Source of the DNA: Chrysomallon squamiferum
Lineage: Eukaryota > Animalia > Mollusca
DNA: 64,000 nt
Assembly: GCA_012295275.1 (NCBI GenBank)
Contig: CM022679.1
Coordinates: forward strand, 4,526,001 to 4,590,000
Direction of reading: 5' to 3'
Within the stretch, counting starts at the first letter, position 1, and each line of letters starts with the position of its first letter. Under the pieces are notes generated by a model. The model did not search any database and was not told the DNA's origin. It was given only the letters and a program-made list of their open reading frames with translations. A program made the position numbers and the translations under genes. Positions 1-14,300 of the stretch are shown piece by piece.

Positions 1-100
1 TACTGCTAGTAGCAAGAGCAGTAGTAGTAACAGTTGTAACAACAGTAGTAGCATTAGTAGTAATAGCAGTAGTTGAAGTTTTACTAGTGTTAGTAGCAGC

Positions 101-140
<40 letters not shown>

Positions 141-906
141 CTTGTCTAAGAATAAGGCTGACAAAACAACAGCATATAATATATGAATATATATATAAGA
201 ATGTATATTTCATATCAGGATGAAATTAAACATACATTATTGTATCTCAAACTTAGTACACAAACAAAATATATTACTGCATCTTTAAATAATACTGGAA
301 TTAAACATGTTACTATATCTCTAAATTGGCATGGAAACTAAATATGTGCAATTTCTTTAAATATGTAAAACAAACTGAAACATGCATATTTTTATACAGT
401 TACATAATAAAATAACTGTTCAAAAGTATTCTGAGAGAACAAAATTTCAGAAAATACTTATGAAAGTCAGATATCTGTGTATCTATTTATATAACTAAAT
501 ATCCTAGCTGAGGGATGATTCCAGGACAGTCACTATTATTATTATTATTATTAAATATATCAACATAAAATCAAAAAGAGAAAAAAGTTTTAGTATCACA
601 GAATTTCTGTTAATCAACAAAATCTATCAAACTCACTGATATGCTTTCACACATACATTATACTTACATACACACATAAGTACACATTTACATGTAAATA
701 TACATACATACATACATGCACTATATAACTGTATATACATGTATATATATATATATATATGTTTTACTTTAAATGTGTCTCTCTCTCTACACACACACAC
801 ACACACACTTGCAGACAAACACACAAAGATTAAAAGAAAACTGTTTTAAAAAGAAGATAAGTAAAATCGCTCAGACATTCAGCACAGTTCACTCTGTGGA
901 CAATGG

Positions 907-1084
907 TTAATGTCTCAAGATATGGTTGGTGTAAAAGCTTCTCATCAGCTGTATTGGGGAGAAGTAGAGAGTTGCATAGAAGAAGAAATCACAGATGAGT
1001 CGAGGTACGATAGGCCAGATGACGACAAAGATGCTCATGGACAGCAGCTGCTTCAAGTGTTGTTTGAGCAGCGACACTGACTGC
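907..1084 (-). CDS. BFAR: BFAR terminal coding exon
   Basis: QSVSLLKQHLKQLLSMSIFVVIWPIVPRLICDFFFYATLYFSPIQLMRSFYTNHILRH*. Confidence 0.88.
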
Positions 1085-1635
1085 CTGTAAGTAAATAAAT
1101 AAATAAATAAAAACATATTAATTGACTTTTTGTTTAGGTGCCAGTGGTGGTTAAAGTGTGACGTTAGCAATATGGAGGAGAGAATGTGGTCTGTTTTAAA
1201 AACGTTTATGATTTCTGTGTAACTATTCTGGGTTTTTTATCTGTATTCGATTTTTTTATTATTATTTTTTATTTTAATTTTTTTAATTTTTTTAATTTTT
1301 TAATTTTATTTTTTTATTTTTATTTTTTTTTATATTATTTTATTTATTTTTTTTATTTTTTTTATTTATGTTTTATAATTTTTTATTTTTTTTTTCATTT
1401 ATTATTTTTTTTAATTTAATTTAATTTTATTTTGTTATTTTATTTTATTTTTTTTTGTGATTTGTTGATATTTTTCTGTATTTCATTTTTTTTTTTTTAA
1501 TTTTTAAATTTTTTTTTTTTTTTTTCCAATCTCCTTCCAGATATTTCCACACGAAACACCCAACACAACTAATTGAAATAATGCAGCAAAAATCTAAATT
1601 TCTCTTTTTAATTCCCATTACATTAACCGAATACC

Positions 1636-1680
<45 letters not shown>

Positions 1681-4400
1681 AATTGCTTCAGTATTCCATT
1701 CTATCAGTCAGTTTTAAATCTACGCCAGTTTTAATAAACACAACACAAAAGCAGTTTCTACACATAAAACATGCTGGTACAAATGCACTGGCCCAGCAGT
1801 TATAGTACATGTGTCCAGCTTCTACTAAAGGGATAAAAAGACATGGCGATTGCTGTTAACTTTCTTACAATGTCTGAACTCAAGAGAAGGGAGACATAGC
1901 AGACAAAAAATATTAGCCAACTGACCACAAATGTGGACACATAAATGTGAATATATCACTTTATACATTAAAAAATAAAAATAAATATATGTTTACATAT
2001 ACAGTTGTTTTTATCTATCAAGACTTTTTCGGTCAAACCTTACAAACATGTTATTTGAGCATAACAAACTTTACAAGTGTAATACACCTTATTAATTCCT
2101 GTTACTATCTTATTACTCATTTGAGCATAACCTATCTTATTACTCATTTGAGCATAACTCCTAACATCTTATTGCTCATTTTAGCATAACCTAACTTATT
2201 ACTCATTTGAGATTAACATTTGACTCATTTGAATGGAAACATCTTATTACTCATTTATTACTCATTTTGAATGGAACCTATCATATTACCCATTTGAGTG
2301 TAACATACCTTATTACTCATTTGACAGTAACACACCTTATTACTCATTTGAGATTATCACACTTTATTACTCATTTGAGTGTAACACACCTTATTACTCA
2401 TTTGAGAGTAACACACCTTATTACTCATTTGAGATGGAACACATCTTATTACTCATTTGAGAGTAACACACCTTATTACTCACTTGAATGGAACCTATCT
2501 TATTACTCATTTGAGTGTAACCTATCGTATTAACCATTTGAGAGTAACACACCTTATTACTCATTTGAGTGTAACACACCTTATTCTCATTTGAGTGTAA
2601 CACACCTTATTATTCATTTGACAGTAACACCTTATTACTCATTTATTCACCTTATTCATTTGAGTGTAACACACCTTATTATTCATTTGAGATGAGAGTA
2701 ACACACCGTATTACTCATTTGAAAGTAACACACTTCAGTTTAACATGACAGTTGACACATCTTCTTCGTAACGTGTCTTGCCACTCATTTCAGCGTGCCG
2801 GGTCACTTGTTAAAGTAATTACCCGTGGCTAATGAAGTCGTATGCCTCAGCTACCAGATTGCTTCAGGTAATGACGTGTTAGCATGTCTGCCTCTCACTG
2901 GCAGTGAATTAATTATAATTAAGCTTTCATTTTTCTCAGCACTGCACATGCATGTGTGTTGTGCGTCTACTGCATGGTTAATTAGCAGCCATTTAAATTC
3001 ACCAGTGCTAGAATTATAAACAACATTTTTAGCTCCTGAAAAAACAAATCTATACTGGCAACGTTCCTGGTGAGAGGGAGGGGGGGAGGTAGGAGGTGAG
3101 GGGAGAAAAAACACAAAAATAATAATAACCCAAATTTGGAGTCTGTTTTGATTGGGATGATGATGATGATGATAAATAGTAAAAAGTGAAGATTTTTTCT
3201 TCAGTGTAGAATTTTCAAAGATTATTTTAGTTTGGTTAAATTAGTTATTACCTAAGTTTCTTTTTCTTTCTTTTTTTTTTTTTTTTTTTTTGCTTTTTAA
3301 AAAAAATGTAAATTAAAATAAAATAAAAATCTATTTTGAGAAATGTCAGTGTAATTCTGTAATACTAAAATAAATCGTTTAATTATGTTAATCATTCCAT
3401 ATTTTTAATGTTACATAAAAAAAAAATACATTTTAAAAAACTGCTAATTTTAAACAGTATATTATGAAATTTTCTATGACATTAAAAAGGAAAAATATTT
3501 GCTTCTGCTACTTAAATCTTTTTAAATAAATTTTTAAATATAAACATTTATTAATTTTAATGTGACACCTAATATTTCTTTCTGTTAATTTACTTGATTA
3601 TAATTTATTTATTTATTATTTTTTTAAGTCAACAAAATAGTTAACTCTAAATAAAATATATTAAATTTATTGAAGCTATTATAGTACTAATATAATTTTC
3701 TCTTGAATTAATACCATAATTTCTTATAAACTATAAAGTGAACAAAAAACCACATTTATTTTACAAAGCTAGATGCAATCTAAGGCATAGTGACTGCTGT
3801 GTGTATGTATGTGTATATGTATGTGTGTGTGTGTGTGTATGTATGTACGTATGTATATATATATGTGTGTGTATGTAGGTATGTATGTGTGTGTACGTAT
3901 GTATGTATGTGTATGTAAATATATATGTATCTATGTATGTAGGAGCAGTACATGAAATTTTTAGTTTTAACTCTCATTACAAAATAAATCATACACTTCA
4001 AATAAATATATATTCACTGCCCATGAACTGACTTTAACCAAAGATCAAGTTTCACAATCCAACACAAACACTGCAATCTACCATTCTAGCTGTAAGTATA
4101 AACTGGATTATAATTAAATTCGTTATTTTACTGAAATAAAAAAAAAATGACTTTCTCTACCTCCACTGTCCAGAGATTACAAACGTCTTGATCATTGAAG
4201 CCTCGGACACTGTCAGAGCAGAACAGCTGATGATGATGAACCAGGATGTCCAGTAGTGGAGGCCAGTGTAGGACCAGGCCACCTTGATGACCAGCCAGTA
4301 CGGCAACAGAACAAAGTAGGTCAGAAACAGAATCCACTGTTCCGAGTTGGGAGCCGAAATCTGTAAAAATTAAATTAAAATTATTACCTGAAAAAAAAAG

Positions 4401-4441
<41 letters not shown>

Positions 4442-5075
4442 TGTCCATGGATAAATATGTATACATCCATATAAACACATACATGTTTGTACACATATTT
4501 ATATATAAACACAAAATTATGTACATTTTTATACATTATACATATATACACACATACACACACATATATGTACAAATACACATTTGTACATATAGAAAGA
4601 CAAAATCAGAAAGACAAAAACAGAAAAATCATACAGAAAAGAGGAGATAAATATAAAAAAAAAAATTTCTCTAGTCATAATTTAGGACTGAATAATAACT
4701 TAATTTACCTGTTTGGAAATCACTAAAATAATGACAACTTTATTAATACTTAACTACTTCGTTTTTGCACTTTTAATTACTGAATATCTTTTGTATCAAA
4801 ACAGGCACATCTTGAGCATACAGACACAAGTACCATCACAAACAAAAAAGAACTGCCTGAGAGCTTTAAATTTAATTAAAAGTTCATTATATATTATTTA
4901 CAAACAGCAAATACAAGAACTTTCTTAACTTTTTGTGTTAACAAGTTCATCTAATTAACACATCGAGGTGGTCTCACCACATAATTAAAATTTTATAAAA
5001 TTCTCTGTTGAAATTTGTTCTCAACACATCAATCAGCTTTGTCATGGATTGAAAAAAGCACATTAGATAGTAGAT

Positions 5076-5132
<57 letters not shown>

Positions 5133-5378
5133 CAGATAGATAGATAGATAAGTTAAGAAAAGCCCAGTATTTTATTTGAGAATGTTTGTCTCTGTTTTAT
5201 TTTAACAATTTATCCACTGACTTCATATCCTTTAGCATGAAGTTAACCACAAATGGATTAACAGATGAATGAATTATGAATGAATGAATGAATGAATGAA
5301 TGAAAGGATGTTTTTATTCCAGCTTATTTTAGTTATTTAATTAAGTGCCTTCTTCTTAACTGTTTACACAATTTATAA

Positions 5379-5440
<62 letters not shown>

Positions 5441-8400
5441 TAAATAAATAAAAAACAAACAAAAATTAAACACTTTTCTTCCAAAATAACTTTGTATTGG
5501 GGCTTGAACTTGGTACCTTCCAAACATAAATTCCAAAGATGTAAATTAAAAATAGTTTAAAATAAAGCATGTAACTAATAAAGATAAAACAAAAAAGCCA
5601 AATGAACCAGAATTTGGAGATAGGACTGTTAATAGGATTAATTTTTATACTCATTATTACTTCAGAGGTTTCATGTAAAAAAAAAAAAAAAAAAGAAAAC
5701 AACTTCTTGATAAACTTCTTTTTACATTATTTTTTTTTTCTTACTTTCATTTCTTTATTAATTATTGGTTTACACACAGAGTTATGTGAAAAATATAAAT
5801 AAAGCTGTGTAAGAGATGCTATCAGCAGAAAAATAATTTTGTGTGGAATTTAGTGTCCTGTTAAAATCATCATGCTGTCAAGATGTGTACATCAAAATGA
5901 TTAAGTGCTCAAGTCTGAAGCTACAGGTTGATGGATCAAATCTCTTCAAAAATCCCATGTGATTTTTTTTAATTTTTTTTTTTTTTTTTTTTTTGGAAAT
6001 GATATATTTACCAGACTATTTATCTGGCTTTCAGAAAACTGGAATTACAAGAACACAGGCTTTAGAAGTTTTGCTTTTTCATTGTTTAAGTATATTTTAA
6101 GTCTTAGTCCAGAACATTCTGAAATCTGAATCACCTTTTATGAGTCCCAAGCTGCAGAATTTATAACAAGTGAGAAATAAGTAAATAAGCCTGAATCTTC
6201 TGAACAGACAGATTTAGTCAACAATATCATTTCCACAGTGATCACCACCTTCGTGATGCAAAACAAAAAGCATATCTAAACATCAACAGCCGAAGAGGAC
6301 AAAAACAAACAACAAAGAACAGTTTGACATAAACCAGAATTGCTGGAACTGATCTGGCAGGAATGTTTTTCATGCATTACGACTCAGCAAACAGGAACAG
6401 ATGAATGGAATCACAGATGGATAACATGACTTTACATACATCTATGAAGCATACATCTATGAAAAGACAGAAGGATAGATTTTTATGAAATATAAGGATG
6501 GACAGAATGACGTAACCCAGAGTTGCTGTTATTGATCTGTTCATTATGGGAGCAATATTTCTGATGCACTGTGAATCAGCAGACAAGAATTGATAAATGG
6601 ATTAAACATATGGATATACTGACTTACTGATGTATAGAACTACAGAGGGAGGGATAAATAAAACTTATCGATGGCACTGAAGGAAAAATAATACACTAAA
6701 AAAAAAAAATTAAAAAAAGCTGAAGCCACAACCAACGATCCTAAGAAGATTACAAGTTTTGATTTTGTTTGTTTTTTTGCTTATTAATCATAACAACATA
6801 TTCATGGGTATTTTTTTTTAATCCAAACTCCTCATGAAATTTGCGATTCTGCGTAAACCAGATAATGTAAGAAAATTGATTTATTAACAACGAAAAACAT
6901 TCACTTTTTAAAAATGTTCAAGAAACATTATTAAATTTCAGCTGGCATTCAAAATCTTGCCTTGCGAAAACAAACTGTGGACACTGTGATAAAACGAATG
7001 AAGTGCGTCCTGTTTTAAAACAAAATGATGGAGAATATTATAAATTTTGCTTGCAGCACTGTTCTGTTTAGTAACAGTTTCTGTGTTGAGAGGAGAAAAC
7101 AATGTCACAACATGGCTAACATTTTCCTTTATTTTCCTTCTTTGTTTTGTTTTTAAAAAACAGGGTGAAAAAAAAAATAATAATAATAATAATAAGAACC
7201 AAAAATACTGATAATGTCTCAAAAAAACTAAATTATTTTTTCTAAAAGTTAAAAGTGAAAGATTAAAAAGGTTGGGGTTTTTTTTAAATGTTTGTTTTCT
7301 CTTGATTTTTTTTTCGTATTCATTATTTTTTTTTTCTGACATTAATATGAAGAATGAAGCAAGCCATATTTCTAAAATTGCATACAAAAATATAGACAAA
7401 AAGCTAAAAAAAAAAAAAGAAAAAAGAAAAGAAACAGAAATATGTCCATGAAGACAATGATTAATTTTGAATTTTTAAAATGTTGTTTTGAAGATGGATG
7501 TTCAAAAATCATGTAGGAAAGCAAAATGGTGATTCACTAGAAAAAATAAAGAAAGAATAATTTGGTTTTCTTTTTCTGCTGGTGTTTTTAAATTATTTAA
7601 AAACAATTTTTATTTTTATTATTTTATTTTAATATTTTGTTGTAAGAAATTTTCTAAAAAGAATTTACTGTTATTGTTATTATTATTACAAGTATTACCG
7701 TTATTGTTATTGTTGTTCATTTCATTCTAAAATAAAATTTCTAAAGCCACGGTAGCTTTTTTAAAAACAAATTACTCATTTCAAAGATCTTTTCTTGTTT
7801 TCTCAGGTTTTACTATTATTATTATTATTATTAATTTTTCGGTTTTTTTTTATTTGTTTGTTTGTTTGTTTTAATGATTTTTGTTGTTATTATTATTATT
7901 ATTATTATTATTCAATTCTCTGTATTTTTTACAGCAATAACATTTTCTAATCTAACAATTACTTTATTAACAGATGAAATTCCAGTTGTATAAATAAAAA
8001 TAACAAAACCCCAAAAAATAAATTAAAAAAATATAAAAAAAACAAAATAAAAAAACAAATATGAAAACAAAAAATAGACAGAAATTATTACTACAACTTT
8101 GATTATACGGTTTCACTATATAAGATATCAGGGCAAAATCAAAATTACAGTTTGGCTGTCAAAAAATAAAAAATAAAAAAAATAAAAAAATAAAACACTG
8201 AGGAATAATTAGTATACTTTCTCAAGAAAAGAGGATGAAGTTATTTCCATAACAGATAAAACAGAATTAAAGTTGTCAAAACACTGCATACAAATCACGG
8301 CCATTTCATCTAAATGATGGCAACGCAATCTGCGTTAATGTGTTTTAAACAGCAAGCTGACTTAAACGGGATTACGCAGATAGTTATTAATGTCCTCACT

Positions 8401-9492
8401 TTTGTGGGCTTTTAACGCAAAAAGATTATTTCTTGTTATTTAATCTTAAAAAAACAAGATAAACGAATAAAAGGAGATGAACGAATATGTATTCCGAAAT
8501 GATCAACCATTAATCTTGAAGTATAAATCACACACTTATTAACAAATTTATTTATGTTTCCTTTATTGCAGAGAGGAAAATGATATTGAGACTATAACTT
8601 CTGTTCTGAAGAAAATTGTTAATTGGAAAATCCAAGAAATATTTAAAGATATACTTTTGACAGCAAAATGTTGATTAAAATACAAGAGGTTTCACGTGTA
8701 AAAGTTTACAAATAAATGGTGTGGAACTATTTCAGTGATATAATAATTAACAGCGTTTTATTTCATATATAATATTATTAAAAACTAAAGTTTTAAAAAA
8801 GAAAAAGAAAAAATAATATTAATATTCTTTTAGAAAAACAAAATAATTAAAATTAAAATTTTAAAAATAATAGATATCTGAAGTTAAAAAAAAAAAAAAA
8901 AAAATTTAAATTAACTTTTTTAAGATGGAATTGTTTTAATAATCAATTTGCAAATTATTTTTATAAAAAACAACAACACTGAATCAATTTTCAAGATAAT
9001 CTTTGAAAGTCATGTGGTATTAATGAGATTTCTTTTACAAAATAAAAACATCTAATCAATAGAGATTTTAAATTTTAATGTATTTAAACATGGATTTTGC
9101 ACAAATAGCAGTTGTAATAACAATTGTAATCAACTTAAAAACTGCTAAGAAAAAAGCATAAATTTCTTTTTAAAAATTCATTGTTAAAAGTTTTATTACT
9201 AGTATTACTATTATTAAATTTTTTATTTTTATTTAAATCTTTTGACTGAAAATGGGGCAAGAGAACATAAATATTCTATGATAAAATTTAGAAAACAACA
9301 AAAATATGCCAAAATACACTTCTTGTTGAAAACTTGTAAATGTTAAATCAAAATAATAACAATAAAACAAAAAATTAAACTGATTATTCTAATAAAGGTA
9401 ATGTGTTGCTGATAATGAGAACTTTCATAGTAATAATAATAACAATAATAACAATAACAATAATAATAACAGTAATAATAATTAATAATAAC

Positions 9493-9544
<52 letters not shown>

Positions 9545-10051
9545 TAAACCAAGAATAAAACCAAATTATAATTAAAAAAATAATATTCTGTTTTAATTGC
9601 TTGGAAGTAACAAATTAAAAAAACAAACAAAAAAAACCTACTTAATAAATATATCAATAAATATTAAAAAAATATTCTCTAGAGCGAGTAAGACAAAAAT
9701 TACCTAAAACGTATTGAATATTTAGCCACATATGAATGATAATTACACATGATACACACTTGTGGGTGAATGAAATTGAAACACTACTCAAAACACCAGC
9801 CATTTTTAACAGGGCCATCATATTGTGTACAATTTAGGTAACGGGAATTCACCACAATGAGGCAGGCAACGTAACACAGAACAGCACCAAGGTAACGAGA
9901 ATAAATGTTAACAAGATGATTAACCCATCGTAAGGTTCACATTAAAACCGATAGCGTGTCTCAGTAAATAGCCATCATACTGGTTATCAATTTACCAGCA
10001 GATTTCATCTCGCATATGAAGACAGCCGTAACTGATGAAACAACAAAGAAG

Positions 10052-10108
<57 letters not shown>

Positions 10109-11322
10109 TGAGTCTACCCAAAATCTCCCCTGACAGATTTCTCTCATATTAAAGTAACTTGAACTTAGTGTTGTGAGACAAAATAAAACCAGTTCCAGTT
10201 TCTCTCCTGCGATTATAATGTGTGTTTATTTTCCACCTCATAAAATCCGGACTCCACTATCACTAAAAATTAATGCTTTAAATGGGTTTTTTATGGATTT
10301 TTTTTGGTATTTACATTTTTTTTTTTGTAAAGAATGTTCCGCATTTTAGTGAACTCTGCTATTAATAGTCTGCTAGTGAAAATGAGGAAGTTTTTACTGA
10401 TAATTCGACTCGGAATGGTACTAGACAGAGTTTAGCAAAATTTAATACTAAAACAAACAATATTAATGTTTGGTTTTATTATTTATAGACATATATTACT
10501 GTTTAATTATGTCAGGTTATATTATTTATCAGTTCTTGTACTGCATTACATTATATGTTAACCATTATGGATAATGATATAGAATTTTTCTCCAGTTATT
10601 GCCCAAGTTAATTATAAAAAAAAAATTTAAAAAATTTTAAAAAATTTAAACATAAAATTTTAAAGTAAAGTAATGCACAAGTTTTTTCTTTTGATATATT
10701 TATTTATTACAGTCTTAAATACTATGTTAAAGTGTCGGTTTTCAAAAGAAGATATGTATGTGTGAAAAATGGATTACATTTTTGTTTAATGATACTGCAT
10801 CATATTTCTTTATGTTATCAGCTACACATTATTTGTGTTAGTACAAGTCTGTAAAGTGCTGCCACTGGAATTTGTTATTAAATATTGCAGAAGATTTTTT
10901 TCTGAAAAATGGGAAAGCTGAGACCTGTGTAATGAACAGTGATGGAAAACAGAGCTGAGGATAAAACTAATATACATAAGACTTGTTTAATTCTGATATA
11001 CTTACATCAGACTTATCTGTCATTTATAAACATGATTATTACTGTTAATAATGTTAACTATAACCTGACAACATTAAACGTGACTAAATACAAATTATAC
11101 AGTTTAATAGTGTTTTGGTGGTGACTCAGTCTTTCGATGCCATTGTTATTTTAATTTCACCTTTTATTATGTTTATTGAGAACATTAAATACAGCATGAT
11201 AATAATGTTTCTTGTAATTCAGACATTGAACCGTATTTTTATATTTACAGTGCATTTTGATTCTGTTGTATTACCCCTAACATTTAATTATTTATTAGTC
11301 TTATTTTTCTGAATTTTTAGTG

Positions 11323-11355
<33 letters not shown>

Positions 11356-14300
11356 GTAATATATTTTACATCATATCAGTTATTTTTTTTTCTGTAGTAC
11401 TTGAGTCATTGTATTAACAGTTTCCATAATTTCTAATGCATGCATACAAAATATACATAAATAATAGAAGACACAAGAAAAAGAAAAGTATGCATTAAGA
11501 AAAAGATAAAGATACTGTAACCATAACAATAGCAGAATGAGACAGGGGGCACAAAAATGAACATCTCTTCAGTGTTACAAGCTAAGATCAGAATACAGAT
11601 AAAAGCCTAGAAATTTGTAAATACACTTGAATATTCAAGTTATAAACAAAATTCAGAGAACAGTTTTTAAAGTTGGAACGTGGAAATAACACAACAGATT
11701 TTTCATAGACGAAAAAAAAAACCTTTAAAAAACAACGTACATACATAATAAACCATAAAAAAGCACACAGGACTGACATGTATTAAATAAAAACCCAGAA
11801 CAAACCTCCGACCAGTTGAGTGGTTCACCAGGTTTTCTCTGTGGGATGGACAGGTGTAGGAAAGGTAGAAAAACCTCCTCGTAGTTAAAGAAATATAAAT
11901 ACAACAGTGTGGTCCGTGGAAAGTCCTTTAGTCCGAACAGCAGAAACAAAGTCCGGCCAGGATACTGAGCCTGAAATTACAACAAAATATAAATACACAT
12001 TATTCATAACAAAACATACACACACAGAAATTCTATTTATGTATTGTTTTTCTACAAAAAAAACTAGTGAGAAGCCTGATAGGTTGGCAATGGAATCAGA
12101 AAAGCCTGAGAAATGACTCTGCAGTATGATGGTTATCTAACATGTATGAAGGTCCTGCTGTGTTAATTTCTCCATTCCAACCAGTGCTGACTACAGTAAA
12201 TAGCATATAATACAGAAAGTAATGTGTTGCAATATGAAAAAAAAGAGTAACCTATGCTGTCATGTGTGTCTGTCCATGCTCAGATTACCACCATAAAAGC
12301 AATTAATAAAATAAGAACAGGTAAAATATCTTCATGTAATTCATTCATGCAATAACAGAATTTCATGCAGAAACTGAATTTAAAAAAAACAAGAAAGGAA
12401 ACCCAAACTGTTTGTATCTGTTATAATATAATATCAGAAAGTAGTTTATTTGTTAACAAACATTACATAATTATGTTTGTTTTGTTTCAGTGTACCCAGC
12501 TTTTTCTCAGCAGTGCAAGTAACACTTTAAGACTGAGCCTTCAGATAACTAGTAATGTGAACAAATTGTTGTTGTTAATAGCTGTAGTAGTAGTAGTAGT
12601 AGTAGTAGTAGTTGTTGTTGTTGTTGTTGTAGGTGTAACACTAGAGGCAGATAATTTTTTTTTCAAATTTCATATATTCGCTGTTTACAAAAAATCCTGG
12701 TGACTTAAGTCAATTTGTTTGTAAAAAATTAACTAAAAGTTAGATATAAATGTTTTTCTTCTATGTTGTTGTTGTTGTTTTTTTCTTTTCATTTCCTTGT
12801 TGACTACATGTTCTCTGTGAATTGCATATCAACTGTTTGAGTATTAAATTGAAGCATGATCATTACAGGATCTACTCTTCTCAATGTATTACTTGAGATA
12901 TTTCCATTTCCAGTGTATTGCTGATTAACAACAACAAAAAAAACAACCTATTAAAGTACATGGAAAAGAGCTGGTGAAAGAGCAAGTTGTGGAATTACTG
13001 CAACCTAATGACATGTCTCAGTCAGAGAAAAAGTATTCGAGGCATGTACACACAAGAAAGAAGTCTGACATCTAACAACTATTCTGTTTCTGATATAAAA
13101 CAAAAACATACTAAGTGAAATCACTGTAAGAAAAAAACTAACTTTATACTCCCACAGTGTTCCTGGCATCTTCATTCCCTTCACTTGCACTTCTCTTATG
13201 GCATTGAGCAGAGCTCTCTGGTGAAGCTCATTATCAACACTCAGTATCTCGTGTAAACTCTTCTCATCCAGTGCTAAAAGCATGTTACCATCTGAAATCA
13301 CAATTTTCTACATTACTTCGTGTAAACTCCACATGAATGTGTAAACTCATCAGCATGATACAACCTGTAGGTTCTGTAGTTTTTTCTCAACTTACCAACA
13401 TGTTACAACCTAATTACAATCTAATTACAGACACATTTAATGTGAAGGTACGAAACACCAACATGATACAACCTGTAGACTCTGTAATTATGATGACATT
13501 CAATATGAAGGTACAACTTACCAGCATGATACAACCTGTAGACCGTACATTTTTTAAATTCAACGTGAAGGTACAACTCACCAGCATGATACAACCTGTA
13601 GACTGTAATTTTTGTTAAATTCAACATGAAGGTACAACAACTCAACATGAACAATGTGAATGATACAACTCACCAACATGATACAATGTAGACTGTGAAT
13701 TTTTTAAATTCAACAACAACTCACCAACATGAATCAACCTGTAGGTACAACTCACCAACATGATTCGAGTGCACAGCAGGAATGTATTCGCTGGCCCAGC
13801 CCATCTCTCTCAGCCACTGTTCCACGTCCCCTACCTTCCACCGAGTCACCGGTTTGTGAATGAGCAGATCTTCATCGCTGTTCCTCCAGTACCACGCCAA
13901 GTAGGCAACCTAAATTTTTTTAAAAAATATAATATATATATATATATATAAAATAATAAAATAATAACAGTATCTTACATATGTTGCTTTTCTGTGATTT
14001 TGTATTTATGTTTTACTGTTGCTTGTGGGGGGGGGTTTTCTGGGGGGCAGAGGAAGGTGGGGTTTTTTTGGGGGTTTTGTTTTGTTTTTGGTGATAATTA
14101 CAACTTACTATAATGGGGGTGTTTGATTTGTTGTTGTTACTATTTTGGGTTTTTTTTTTTTTTGTCTGGATGATTAACTAGTTTTGCCAACTGCTTCCTG
14201 AAAATATGCAAGTGAATGGCACATAATGATAATTACAAATTACTATAATGACACACTATGATATTTACAACTTACTATAATGACACACACTATGATAATT

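Noticed and set aside
2050-2735. CRISPR-like array or repetitive protein
   Set aside because: Head-to-tail units have no unique spacers, the context is a eukaryotic intron, and the ORFs arise only because 27 is a multiple of 3.
4128-4526. ORF-track 132-aa protein
   Set aside because: It is the wrong frame over BFAR exon 6 plus intron.
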